A stretch of 64,000 bases of DNA from Perna viridis (lineage: Eukaryota): NCBI GenBank assembly GCA_037379345.1, contig CM074519.1, forward strand, positions 14,734,742 through 14,798,741, given 5' to 3'. The translations under genes were made by a program, and so were the position numbers. Positions within the stretch are counted from its first letter, which is position 1, and the number at the start of each line of letters is the position of its first letter. The notes beneath the pieces are model-generated. The model was given only the letters and a program-made list of their open reading frames with translations, had not been told where the DNA came from and ran no database searches. Positions 42,338 through 54,392 of the stretch are shown here, one piece after another.

Positions 42338-42822
42338 GTTTGTTTGTTGGGGTTTAACGTCCGAGCAGCAATATTTCAGCTATATTCAGACGATGAACAT
42401 GAAATGGATGATAAAATGAACATGAAATGAAAAAAAAGGATGGGACACAAGGATAATAGGGTCGACAAATTTTGATTGCCACTGGAAAAAGGGGGGATGG
42501 GTAAGGTCGGGCAATTTAGCCTCCTGTGGCGGAGCGCAAAGGTTCCTACTCCTATTGAATACTACAGCAGGGTTCTTTAACGTGCGAGGAACGTGGCATC
42601 TTTCCCAACACAGTGCACCACTATGGTTTGCGGTCAGGTTTTCCGTATTATAGCCTGACAACTCCAGCATGTAACACGCCAGGGGTACCCCATTCCACCA
42701 CCTGGGGCACACATCCCAGTTGCTCTATGGGCAGAGCGCCTAGCCCCCGGCTAGGTTTCTGAGCACTATTTAGTCGCCTTATACAACAAGCTTACTTTTA
42801 ACACCCGCACCTGCACGGGGCA
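42338..42822 (-). mobile_element. SINE-like element
   Basis: Island of higher GC with a minus-strand gcacgttaaagaaccc core and (AAAC)n tail; resembles mollusc SINEs, from recall only. Confidence 0.55.
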
Positions 42823-42919
42823 CTTAAGCAGTAAAGGATATACATATATAAATATTGTGACCTGTTGTTGCTAGACATGTATTCCAATAAGTCAATGCTC
42901 CCTGCCATGATCATGACAG

Positions 42920-43200
42920 GCAGACTGTAAATAACATTCCCACACTATCATGACCAACACAAATAAGCCCAGATCTTAATGAAATAAAAAATGTGTGGAA
43001 AGTAATAAAAGTTTGCATTCAAAGAAGAATACATAATAATTCTAATGTCATAGAATCAAAAATCATTGTTTTTTTTTGTTGAGAAATCTGGACTATGCTT
43101 CAATGCCATTACATTCAAAGACTCAATAGTATCCTACCTCATAGATATTTTTTAAATGAGATGCATTAGGGGCTAATGGGTTTATAACAAAGTAAAGTAA
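42920..43200 (+). mobile_element. Decayed Tc1-like transposase C-terminus
   Basis: SPDLNEIKNVW from 42966 (compare the SPDLNPIENxW motif) and a downstream ANGFITK, with stops and frameshifts. Confidence 0.7.
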
Positions 43201-43890
43201 AATCTGTCTTAACAGCTTTAGGACATTTTTGACTGGTTAAGACAGGTGTTGGGTTTACCAAGGTTTAAAATAAAGGGACTATAAAAAGTGCCTGGTTTAC
43301 AATTTGTCCCGGTTCATTTCAAGCAGGTTTCACTAAAATAGTTAAGGAATGTAACTTTCTCTATTTTTAACATATTGATTTTTTAATTTCATTTTGCCTT
43401 CCATTATTGTATGTATCAATGCACTTGGCTTTTTGGAACTGCAGAATGAGCTCAGAAGAAAGCAATCACATTCTACATAGTTTTATCTAGTTCCTGATTC
43501 AATGCATTAAGCAATTATGTCATTCACTTTCTCGATTAAGGAGTCAAATTTTTATGATCTTAGAACGTATCAAAAAATAAAAATATGAAATCAGTCAATC
43601 AAAAAAGCATTGTTGCAGAGTTTACTAGTATTCCAAATAAATGTTCATATAGACTGTATATTGTCATACAGTTAAATCCATGTAAAAAAAAAAAAATATT
43701 AAAAAAAAAAACTAGGCCTTTTTACCTTTTACCTCTTGAATTCGTGAATAACAAGCCAATATAAAATATTAATGAGCACTTTTTAAGCATATTCTAGCAA
43801 TTAAAAATGAGTAGCTTTCTACAATGACATCACCATGAGTCAAAATAAGTATTCAGAATCTGTCTATGCATAGGGTAAAGTGAGTTGTAC

Positions 43891-44035
43891 CTGGCAAGCT
43901 GTGATCCTGTAGACCTTCTGTAACTTATAAAAACATCCACTGATTTAGGCATAGTAGTCATGCTAGAAACATCTACACTCTTCTGTCTCTGAAGGCTACT
44001 GAAACTTCCATACTTTGGTAAAGCACAATATAAAT
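43891..44035 (-). CDS. SARM1: SARM1 exon: SAM-TIR linker and TIR box 1 (DLYCALPKYG...KSVDVFISYRRSTGSQLAS)
   Basis: Not in the ORF track; translated by hand. Acceptor tttttcag|AT and donor AG|GTACAA; 145 nt, phase 1/2; DVFISYRR signature. Confidence 0.92.
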
Positions 44036-45775
44036 CTGAAAAACAAATCTTTAGTTTTTGTTTGCTAATTTCTTTTCTCGTGAAGTTTTGAGCATCTTAT
44101 TGTACATAACATATCTTGATATTGAATGAAAAATTACCCATGAGGTATTGGCAATAAAAGCCTTTACTTAAGAACCTTCCTGTAAATAATAAACTAGAAA
44201 TACTGAGAGCAAGCTTACAAAACAGAATACTCCCACTTAAAGTGAACTTAAATCATATTAAGTTAAATACAGAAACCACCGCTCACCAGCTCGCCAAATA
44301 CGAGTAGATGTGTAATTTGGCGAGTTCTCATTAGCTTACACTTGTCAATTTGGCAACCGTCATTTGATTGGCGAGCTCCAAGGAAAATTAACCAGCCAAC
44401 AGGTTATATAGTAAAACATCCCTTAACTTCATAAATTAAAAATATGTTCCCTACATTTTAAGAAGTTTGGCTTGAATATTTCAAGTGAATTTTGGCATGA
44501 TATGTACAATTTTATTGTCTTGTAATTCATTGTTTATGATATGCCATTTTGATTTTCGGAAAACGGGATGTGCCAAAACCTATGCGACGGTCCCAATCTC
44601 GTATTAGTATTTAAACGAAATTATCTGGGTAATTTAAGATATGTTGCCTTGCAAATGAGCAAGAAGCAAATGATAAACATTTTCTTGTTTCATGATGAAT
44701 CTGTTGAAATACAATTTTATTTTAAAATAGTTCAGAAATGGAGTACTTATTTTGTTACTGTAAAAATGTGAAGAGCAGAGAAATTTTTTGAATAAATGGA
44801 AAATAGAAAGAAAGTGGATAATCAAATTTCTATTTGGCTTGCAAGATCAACATTCCACTAGCCAGAATGGTAAGTTTAGAAAAAAAATGATTTCCCACAC
44901 CGTAGATACAATGTAAGTTCCTATCGTATTTATTTTTTTTAAGGCACATCTACATGTAATGCCTCAACTGTTTAAAAATATCATAAAAATACACTGCATG
45001 GTTTACAAGGAGTTGAAAGATGAGTGGAAAGACAAAGTGACAAAAGGGTGAATACAGGTAATGTGGAGTTGAGCTTATGAGATAAACGAAAGGACAAACA
45101 GACAAACAGCGTAATTACAGGTAAGGAGGAGTTGCGATTACAAGACATGTTGACAGATGAACATGGGGTTAAAAAGATAAACATGGTGGTTCTGATAACA
45201 GTGTATGCAAATTTGGTTTAGAGGTTACCAGACCAAATCTAATATTTTGAACTTTTCTCCTATTTGGGCAACTCAAAAAAAAAACCAATATTTTTTACAG
45301 GACTGACAGCATTTTCACCAAAAATACCTGTCGATCCTGTGGTATTTTGTTTTCACTTTGATATACTCCAAAACTTTGTTTGAGGGGGATGTAATAATTA
45401 CAATAATATTAAAGTGTTCTGGATACAAAAAAAAACATTTACCATATAACAAATTAAGGAAAAATTGACATACATGTTTTTTAATATCTGTGTATTGTAC
45501 TGTGTAAGGTCTCATTCTAATTTGTGAATAATTAGTGAGCACAAACATTAGACAAATCAAAATAGATAAACATGAAAAAATACCATACTCTGTACATCCC
45601 CTAAAAGGTAGTTACTTTATTGACTAAGCTGACTATCTTTTTTCAAGTCAAGATAATTTGCATTTTGGTACTTAACATTTGAATGATTCTAGGAAATTTT
45701 TCCCAATATTTCCCTTTTTAAGCCTCCTGCCAATAACCATATAAAGCAGGAGAGAGTACATGTCCTCTAGATATT

Positions 45776-46089
45776 AATGTTCTAAGTCCCTGTAAATACA
45801 GAGCAAGTTCCCTCATCTTACCATCAATATGTTCTAAGTCCCTGTAAATATAGAGCTAGTTCCCTCATCTTACCATCAATATGTTCTAAGTCCCTGTAAA
45901 TACAGAGCTAGTTCCCTCATCTTACCATCAATATGTTCTTAGTCCCTGTAAATACAGAGCTAGTTCCCTCATCTTACCATCAATATGTTCTAAGTCCCTG
46001 TAAATACAGAGCTCATATTACCATCAATATGTTCTTAGTCCCTGTAAATACAGAGCTAGTTCCCTCATCTTACCATCAATATGTTCTAG
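45776..46089. repeat. 52-bp tandem repeat (about 6 copies) spanning the SARM1 SAM2 exon donor
   Basis: Unit ttaccatcaatatgttctaagtccctgtaaatacagagctagttccctcatc; one unit is 44 bp. Confidence 0.95.
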
Positions 46090-46306
46090 TATAAGCCTCC
46101 TGTGTATAGGGTTTGAGACTCCACATTCTTTCAGCTCCTCATGACTGGTTGTGGACAACAATTCCTTATTCATGCCATTCTTCAGCATACAGTATGTGTA
46201 CTGAGACAGGTCAGGTAATATCTTCATCATCCAACTGTCAATCTGTGAGTGATCTACAGAGGAGTAGTCAGCAGTCACTTTTAAACCTTTCAATTCTCTC
46301 AAGAAT
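46074..46306 (-). CDS. SARM1: SARM1 exon: SAM1 end and SAM2 (FLRELKGLKVTADYSSVD...SQYTYCML...CGVSNPIHRRLIL)
   Basis: Acceptor ttgtag|A and donor G|GTAAGA; 233 nt, phase 2/1; conserved RFLREL, ADYS, QYTY and CGVxNxIHR motifs. Confidence 0.93.
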
Positions 46307-47561
46307 CTACAATATATAGATGGAGAAGTGGTTCCCATTGGAAATCTGTAATTACTGGTAAAAATAAAAAGGATTTTGGTCTGCGAGTTGTGAAATGGAT
46401 ATAACCAGGAAGTTATTCCCCAACTTTGAAGCCAACATCAATTGAATTGGTTCAATAATCCAGAACTATACACAATGAATTAAATGTTGTTCACAAATTC
46501 ATAGCACTCTGCACTTAGTGATAATGTTAAACTGGTCAAGAAATTTATTAGGCTAGTTGCTAATTATGACAGGAGATTCTGTCTTTTTCTTTCCACTAAT
46601 AATAACAATAATAAAACTGTAAATTCACCCTGGAAACAATTGCAATTAGCCCTGGTACATGTACATGTATATGCCACAATCTTGCATAGATCTGACTTTA
46701 AAAAATCAATCGTGCAGTTATCAAAAAAATATATATTTATCAATTTCGAAGGTGTATTTAGAAATAATTTGTGGCAAAAAGCATAATTTCTTATGTCCAT
46801 TATTACTAGTAATCTAAAAATAAAACAATTATATGTCATTTAGTTTTTGATGGTAATTTTATAACATTTAGTATAATTCTCTCCCGCCATGGCCTGGTGT
46901 ATATCATACTTCTGACATGTCAAAGACCTGTGTGTGACCAGGCCTGGCCATACCAGCAGCTCAAGTAAAACTGACATTTTTCCATTTTTGAAACCATAAA
47001 TATGATGACTGTAACTTGTATTGTGAAACACCAGGTAATGACTTAACATTAAAAAAATACAAACATATAATTATTTACATGTAACAGTGATTAAATTATA
47101 AAGATACCTTAAAAAAAGCATTTCAAAAAACATCAATATTTCACTTCACCATATGATCTACTGGGACTACAATTCTGACTATCTTTGACAAGATCAGCAT
47201 TTTGTAATGTTACAATATGTGTATGGAAAAAGTAACATGGTTATTTTTATGCATGATTGATGATTGCTATGCAAAGTTAAATCAATTATGTACTTATGAT
47301 AACATATACTGAGGAAAAAATTGACAAATTCAACAAAGAAAGTCATACTAAATGTTTTTCAAGCTTATCCATGATACAGTAAAAGGTGCAAAACCTGATT
47401 TTTTTCATGAATAAAAACACTTTTAATTTGTGATAAAATTTGTTACATAGTTTTTGAGTTTCAGATTACACAAAGTAGGTTTCCCCTGATTGTAACTGAC
47501 GAAAACAAATGAGTTGCTTTCACTATTAGTGACCCAAGCAATGAAAAATGAAGTAACCAAC

Positions 47562-47686
47562 CTTTTCCTGGCCAGTTTACAGGTCATATTAATACTATTC
47601 TGCAGTTCATCTTCAGTAAGTAATAACAAAATGTCACCATCCACTCGACAACTTGTAAATGTATCCACATAATCTTTAAATCCAAC
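47562..47686 (-). CDS. SARM1: SARM1 exon: SAM1 (VGFKDYVDTFTSCRVDGDILLLLTEDELQNSINMTCKLARKR)
   Basis: Acceptor ctttag|GTT and donor AG|GTTGGT; 125 nt, phase 0/2; VDGDxLL SAM motif. Confidence 0.93.
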
Positions 47687-48734
47687 CTAAAGTCAACAAG
47701 TTATTTTGTTTAAAAATTAATAAGTCTTTAAGGCATACAAAATGAATCATAACTTTTTGGTCATTTTTTCATTTCAATATAAGAATTTATAAAATATAAT
47801 AAAGCATTTTGAAGAAAAATTAGTTGGACAAATCCTCAAAATGCATTTTAATTACTGATGCATATTTCACAGAGAAGATGCATAAACATTACCAACATAA
47901 AGTAATGTGTATGTACAACTACTTGTACATGACATCAAAGCAGTTGTGTACATCCCTATCATTAGTGACACAGGTGTACAGGTATCAGTATGCTGAGATG
48001 TGTTTCACTTGTTTGTTCTTACAATCATTCCATCTAAACTTAAACATTCACAAAATGCTAAACCATGAAACATACAAAATCATGTACTTTTAGTTCTCAG
48101 TAAAAAATGTAGTCCTCACATCTATATACAATGTACATGTAACATCATAGTCCATACATTGAGTAATATATGCCATAGTATGGGACATATCACTCAATGT
48201 ATGGACTATGATGTTACATGTACATTGTATGGCATAGGGTTTCCTTATTTCTATTAATTCTGGTAACATGTGAGTATAGATCATTTGGCTTTTACAGTAA
48301 CTTGCACAATGTATGACAATTTTTTTATTCATTAATCAAAAGTTGTTTGAAAATTTTGTGTCAATTACTAATAAATTATTTTTTAAGATATGTATATTTA
48401 ACAGATCAATCAGCCTAAAGTGCATCTTGTATAACATATAATGTAGATAGATGATACAAGAATCTACATCACCTACAAAAATACATGTACATGTATGATA
48501 TGAAAATAATGATACAAATGTAAATTGCAGATGTTTTTTTTTTTTAAACAATATGACCATGCAAGTCTCAATAATATTGAAGATGGTCTATACATGTATT
48601 TTGTATATTTTCAGCATTACATCTGCAGCATGAGACTAAAATAAATCAAGTAGCAAGAACAAAGGAAGGTATTTCAAGTTCCCAATAACTTTTGTTTGGT
48701 TAGAATGATAATCTACATGTAAGTGAACTGATAC

Positions 48735-48911
48735 CTGTTTGACCCAGTGAGCAACATCTTCAATATTCCAAACTGGTACTTGAGGTGTTAGTTTATGAGG
48801 TACATCTTCACCAATGATTTTCAGAGCCTGTGCAGCCAGTTTAGAGGCTGTGGCATTAGGACTACTTGCCACATTCTTTAAAGGTTCTACTGCACCAATG
48901 TCATAAAATGT
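48735..48911 (-). CDS. SARM1: SARM1 exon: end of ARM, start of SAM1 ([12 protein letters not shown]...[15 protein letters not shown])
   Basis: Acceptor ttttcag|ACA and donor CAG|GTATCA; 177 nt, phase 0/0; SARM1-like [11 protein letters not shown] motif. Confidence 0.93.
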
Positions 48912-49483
48912 CTGAAAATATATGAAGAAAAAATTTACAGAATAAATGACTAATAAATTACTCCATGTATTACCCTTCCTACATATAGATATACATTGCA
49001 CTGTATATTTAAATGTAAAATCTAAATTCAAAATAATGGATTAAAGTGCACATACATTTTTTGCTAATATATATTACAAATGTACATGTACAAATGTACC
49101 AAAGCAGATCCTGAAAAACAATATCCTTTTGTCATGTTAATACATTTAAGTCTTTGATGTTGATTTTGCACAGCTTTCCAGTATAATAACAAGTAAATAT
49201 CATACATGTACAGTGAATGTAACATGTACAAAATGTACATTTAGGCAGATGCATTGTACATGTAGTTTGTAGAGTTGTGCATTTTTGAAAGAAAATTCAA
49301 TTTTGTACAAAATAAAAACAGTATGCTGCACTATATAAAAATTAACAGATGTTTTTGTAAGTTAATGTATCAAAAGTGGTTTTTTTCCCATGTTTTACTG
49401 TACTTTTGTTTTTTAACAATAACCATTGAATTCTGGTATAAAGAATTAGTAGTAATACGTGTGAATAATTCACATTTGCTTAC

Positions 49484-51106
49484 CCCCACTCTCCCTTGTT
49501 CTGCTTTAATGCCAGCTTCCATTGCGAAATGGAATGCTGCAAGGGCTTGGGCTTCTTCCCTTCTACTGGACAGTAAGGGAATAAGATGTTCCAAATAGGC
49601 ACTGTCTCGACCTTGGCGATGGGTAAGATCATTTTTGGCAAATGTTGAAGGCTTTGTACTGTTAATGAAAGGCATGACTAACTCTAATGTTCCAGATTTG
49701 ATCACAGCAGCTTCAAGCTCTTTATTAGCAACAAGAACACAGATGGCTAAGCAGGCGTAGTACCGAATATTATCATCCTCCATGAAAGCTAAAGGAAATA
49801 ACCATTCAGGGACATTACGTGAAGCCATCTCCTCCTGGTTTTCAGCACCCCCAAATAATGACAAGTTTGAAATGGCTTTGGCACAGCGGCGTAATACTCC
49901 AAGATCAGAACTTCGACACCAGTGCAAAATAATGTCAAGTCCACCTAGAGAAACAATTTTAGATGAAGCTTCCCCTGAAACTTTAAACAAACCTTCAAGA
50001 ATCCCTGTTGTAATTTTAGCAAATTCATGGTTATCCTTAAGGCCCACAGTCATATTAATGACAGTTTCTAGACCATTTTCAAGCACATATTTCCTATTTT
50101 CTGTGGACAAAATTTGTTCAAGAAGACCAGCCGATGCCTTCAAAAGATCTTTATTTGATGAGGAACAGTTCTCTATCACCATGTCAAGAATACCCTCCTC
50201 TCGTATGACATCACAAAGACCGTAAGAAAGATCACGACCAAAAACTTCCATCTTCCAAGCATGTTCAATTACATGGAGAATAGCATTTAGATGTCGTATC
50301 TCCTCACTTAAATTCCCATGGGCAGTTTTTATGGCTTCAATGTGTTTTTCCAAATTTCTTGAGGACTTTTGATAGCTGATTTTGAGATTTGTCAGGCATT
50401 TCCATGAAATATGTGAGTCACTGGAATATGAAGGAGGCAGTTCAAGTGGATATTTCAAACAAAGAGCTGGAACTGCTTCTTCTTTTTCCATTATCTCTTC
50501 TATAATGACATCCTGAGAAAAGGAATCTTGGGATTTATTTGACATTAAAGACTGATGAGAGGAACATTCAGAACTTCGAAATTTTACTTCTTTTGCTTTC
50601 GCAAAGGATGATGACTCATGTTGTTCTGAACTTTGGGCAGAAATTGAGCCTGCTTTACCAGTACTTTCCATTTGCTTATATGCCGCCAATGACGACCTTT
50701 GGCCTTTCTGTAAAGAACTTTTGCTTGCCTCTGCATGGTAAACTTTGCCATTGTCTTTGCTACTCATTTTTGCCATCATTGCAGCCTGTTCACTTTCTTC
50801 AGATTGTGACAAGTCAAAATAAACTTTTGAACTTTCTGAAATTTTTTTGTTTCCTAGAATACCTGCATTTTGCTCCAAGTTTTCAGCAGAGCTTGCAGCT
50901 TTGTATGAAACTGACTTGTTAGCCTTTTGTGATTTGGCTTCTTTAAAAAGTGATGTTTCAGATACAGACTTGTCAATCAACTTGTCAGGGTCAAACTTGT
51001 TGACTGATCTGTTACCAGTCCTTTCAAGCAGGGCACCAGTTCTACTGAACATAGAGTCAAACTCATCATCACCATCAATCTTTGTCAATCTGCCTTTCTT
51101 ATCCAT
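49484..51106 (-). CDS. SARM1: SARM1 first coding exon: Ser/Lys/Glu-rich N-terminal extension plus ARM domain (541 aa)
   Basis: The ORF contains SARM1 ARM motifs (LLEQILSTENR, GGLDIILHWCR, PEWLFPLAF, IRYYACLAICVL, SGTLELVMPF, LAAFHFAMEAGIK). Acceptor ttctcag is at 51111-51112, so the exon starts at 51110. Donor GGG|GTAAGC follows 49484, phase 0. Confidence 0.95.
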
Positions 51107-53226
51107 AGTTCTGAGAAAAAAAACAAAGAACTTCTATATACAATGTAATTATGTGAAATTTATGACACAAATGAACATTGTCAATATTGGAGTTTTGTAA
51201 CTTATTGCTACACTGTACATGCACATTATGTATCTGAAATCTTAATTGTAATATTTTCTGATTCCAATTGAAGTGAAATTGATACATTTATGCACAGTAT
51301 GCATGTAGTACAATCAATTACCAATAAATAAAAAAATTACTTGTTCTGAAGTGAAATTCAGGAAGTCTGTTAGGTAAGTACATTAGTTTGTAAATAAAAA
51401 AAAATGAATTGATCGTTTGGGTTTGATTTTATAAACAAACACATACATGTACATTAATGCACAGGAACATTGAGTTTTTCAATGGCTATTTTTTTACATA
51501 TTTGATATTTGATTACTTATGTAGCAATGTATACTGTCATGTTGAATGCAATAAAAAGTGACTGAATTGCATACAGAGTATATGACATTTAAAATTTAAA
51601 AAAGGCTTTGCATTTTGACCACGGGACACAAGCAAATTCCTTATGCAGATGCTGTGTAATCTCTCAATTGTGACTACAAGTACCATATAAATAGTGGCAC
51701 AAATCAATTGTCTTTGACAGCCAGTTTGATTGAAGGCTTTCATTTTTCAAAGACATAGAATTGCAGTTTATCCCAAATTATGGTTAAATTGAATCATTAC
51801 ATGTATATTGTAATCAAATCATTTAAAAAACGTAAGGGCCCAAACTCAGGTCAGGAAAACTATGGGTTTGAAAGTTCAAAGGTCTAAAAACAAGTGTCAG
51901 ACTGTTAACTAATAATTAATTTGATTGAAATACATTATGTAGATCTTTATTAAATAAACAATTCTGTGTATCTGTAAAGCCTGATGAAGACAATACAATC
52001 TAATGTATTGCATTGTCATTAACATTATTCTTGAAAAAATCATTAGATTAGTCCAAGTGGATGATAAGTCCAGGCTGACCATTACTAGCTGATTGACTTA
52101 TAGTCCGGAAAAGAGAAATTCTATAAATCTACATTTGTACATTGTACATGTACATGTGCAACTGACTAAGCTTAAGAGATAACTCACTGGCATAGCTACA
52201 ATGTAACTAAGACCCTCTATTTAACTCACTAACTGCTCAAGAAACCCTTTCCATTTTTCATAAATCTTACATGTACATTTATGTAAATACACATGCATTA
52301 ACAGAGAATTTGAGCATCTGACAGCTTCTTTAAGTACTGCAAATCAATCAACAATACCATTGGGACTTTTTCTTAAAGAACCATTTAGGTTTAAGCCTTA
52401 CACAAGTCCATCTTGCCAGCACAGTCAATGACTGAATAAAAATGATGCAAGTTGTTTTGGCCACACTAATCATCTTGGCCTTAGTCACTTTGCCAACAGT
52501 ATATTTCTTCCCAATTTTTTTTAAAAATTGAACATGGTTATAATTTATATAAATTTGTATTTAAATAAAGATGAATGACTATGGTAAACTTATAACATTA
52601 TGATAATGATTTATTAAATAAAACATTTTTCATAAGTAGAAAAAAAATTAATACACATGGTGATCATTGCCCTTAATGTAACAGTTGTGATGCAGAAATA
52701 CCTTAAGCATTTTCTTATCTGTGCATCTCTCAACCCTATAAAAGAATTTTTTTAGATTTTCAAAGGGTCACTGCCTTAACTTGCAAATGTAAAGGAGTTG
52801 CTGCTCGGTGGAAGAGTTCTCTTTTTAGTTAGTGACATTGGTTATACTTTCAATGATGAAATTAGGTATTTTTATCATATTTAAGGATGGTAATGATACA
52901 TGAATTCTGATTTGACATAACATTCAAATACATGTATTTAGCAAATATTGAAATAACTTATGACCCAATTAAGAACCAATTAAGTGTTATATCCATTTAA
53001 GCATTATAACTGTCCATTGCTATGTTTTCTGTAGGTACTATTTTGCAGCAAATCATTCTTTAACATAGATTGACAGTTTGTTAACCATCAGTCCTATATG
53101 ATTATGTTATTCATGTATTTTCCTTTGCGTCTCGAATGGCTAGAATTAATGCAAAATGAGATTTTTTACTTCTGATAAAGCTACATGTATTTCACAAAAA
53201 AAAAATCTTGTTGCTAATTATCTATA

Positions 53227-54137
53227 GGCAGTGCCTGCTCATCCATGCATTCGAGGACAAGGAGCCTCTAGAGGCTAATCATCCACACATCCGGTTTGCG
53301 CCAATAATGTACGGAATCGTGGCGGAAACGCCTCTTTTACGGAATAAATGTTGAAATTGTGAGAAATTCAATTCTTTATTGTAAAAATATACAAATATAT
53401 ACAAAATGATACTAATTCAATACAACTTATAAAATCGTATCAGATGTAACATATATCGATTAAAAATCATTATGAATTAAAGTAGAATTAAATAAGAAAT
53501 GGTAAATCTGAAATAAAAGGTAAATATGGAAGAGTATTTTAAAAATTGTATTGTTTTTTCACTTAACTAATAATTAAATAAAATAAATGAATGTATATCC
53601 ATGAAGGGAAAGGGAGCTTATTATGATTTGGTTTTAAAAAGGTTAAGTTTGTTTTTTTGCAAAGAATGATTGAACATTAGTACCTTGCATTTGGTCTATT
53701 TCCACTGGACTGCGAAGAAAAACTTCCGCCTCCATGAATACATGAATATGTAAGTCTTACATATTTTAAGTGTTTGTCAATATTTTTCTCTGCTGCACAT
53801 TTGATAGCACTTTCAATAGTTTGAGAGTTTCTTTGCATAGTTAATGTGTAGTTCTTTCCTTCATAGCCTTTAACAAAGTTTTCCAAATTATCAAAAGTAT
53901 TAAACGTCTGACCAACATAAAATCTGTCCATTTCTAGTAAGCATAACAGAAACAATATGTAAAATGTAAAAAAATTAATTCATTAGAAAACTGTTCAGGA
54001 AACATTGTGCATGAAATCATAAATAAATATTTCCGTAGCCGTCACGATTCCGTATATTATTGACACAAACCAGATGTGTGGATGATTAGCCTCTAGAGGC
54101 TCTTCATCCTCGAATGCGTGGACAAGCAGCCACTGCC
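53227..54137 (-). mobile_element. Non-autonomous MULE/Mutator element with a transposase N-terminal fragment
   Basis: ~100-bp TIRs (GGCAGTG...CACTGCC) and a 9-bp TSD ttatctata/ttatttata. The internal ORF FYVGQTFNTFDNLE...LKYVRLTYSCIHGG...SSGNRPN resembles the MULE/ZSWIM3-type N-terminal domain. Confidence 0.85.
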
Positions 54138-54392
54138 TTATTTATATATATATATATTATGATGAATAAAATGCAAATTAAATTACATGTACTTAATTGA
54201 TTGCATATGAAAAACCATACCCAAAATAACTATGGCAGAGATGGACTATACCTGGCCAAAAAGTACTGTGGCCCAAACGTTCTATGGTCAAAATGACTTG
54301 ATAGCAAATAAAAAGAGTTTAAACTCTCTAGCTCAGCTAACCATGACTGGCTTTTAAACAGACAGGCCAGAGGGTGCTTAAATATCAATACG

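Noticed and set aside
38785-44035. Bacterial TIR (Thoeris-like) defence system or horizontal transfer
   Set aside because: The TIR is split by spliceosomal introns and belongs to a canonical animal SARM1.
45822-46041. Array of 20-nt micro-exons (ag|GGACT...GATG|gt) in the 52-bp repeat
   Set aside because: Adjacent units would need 32-nt introns, too short for normal splicing; kept only as alternative donors.
49782-51200. Plus-strand ORFs of 147, 127 and 117 aa
   Set aside because: Antisense shadows of the large SARM1 exon.
51975-52030. Hammerhead ribozyme from a CTGATGA motif
   Set aside because: No paired stem II or downstream GAAA core.
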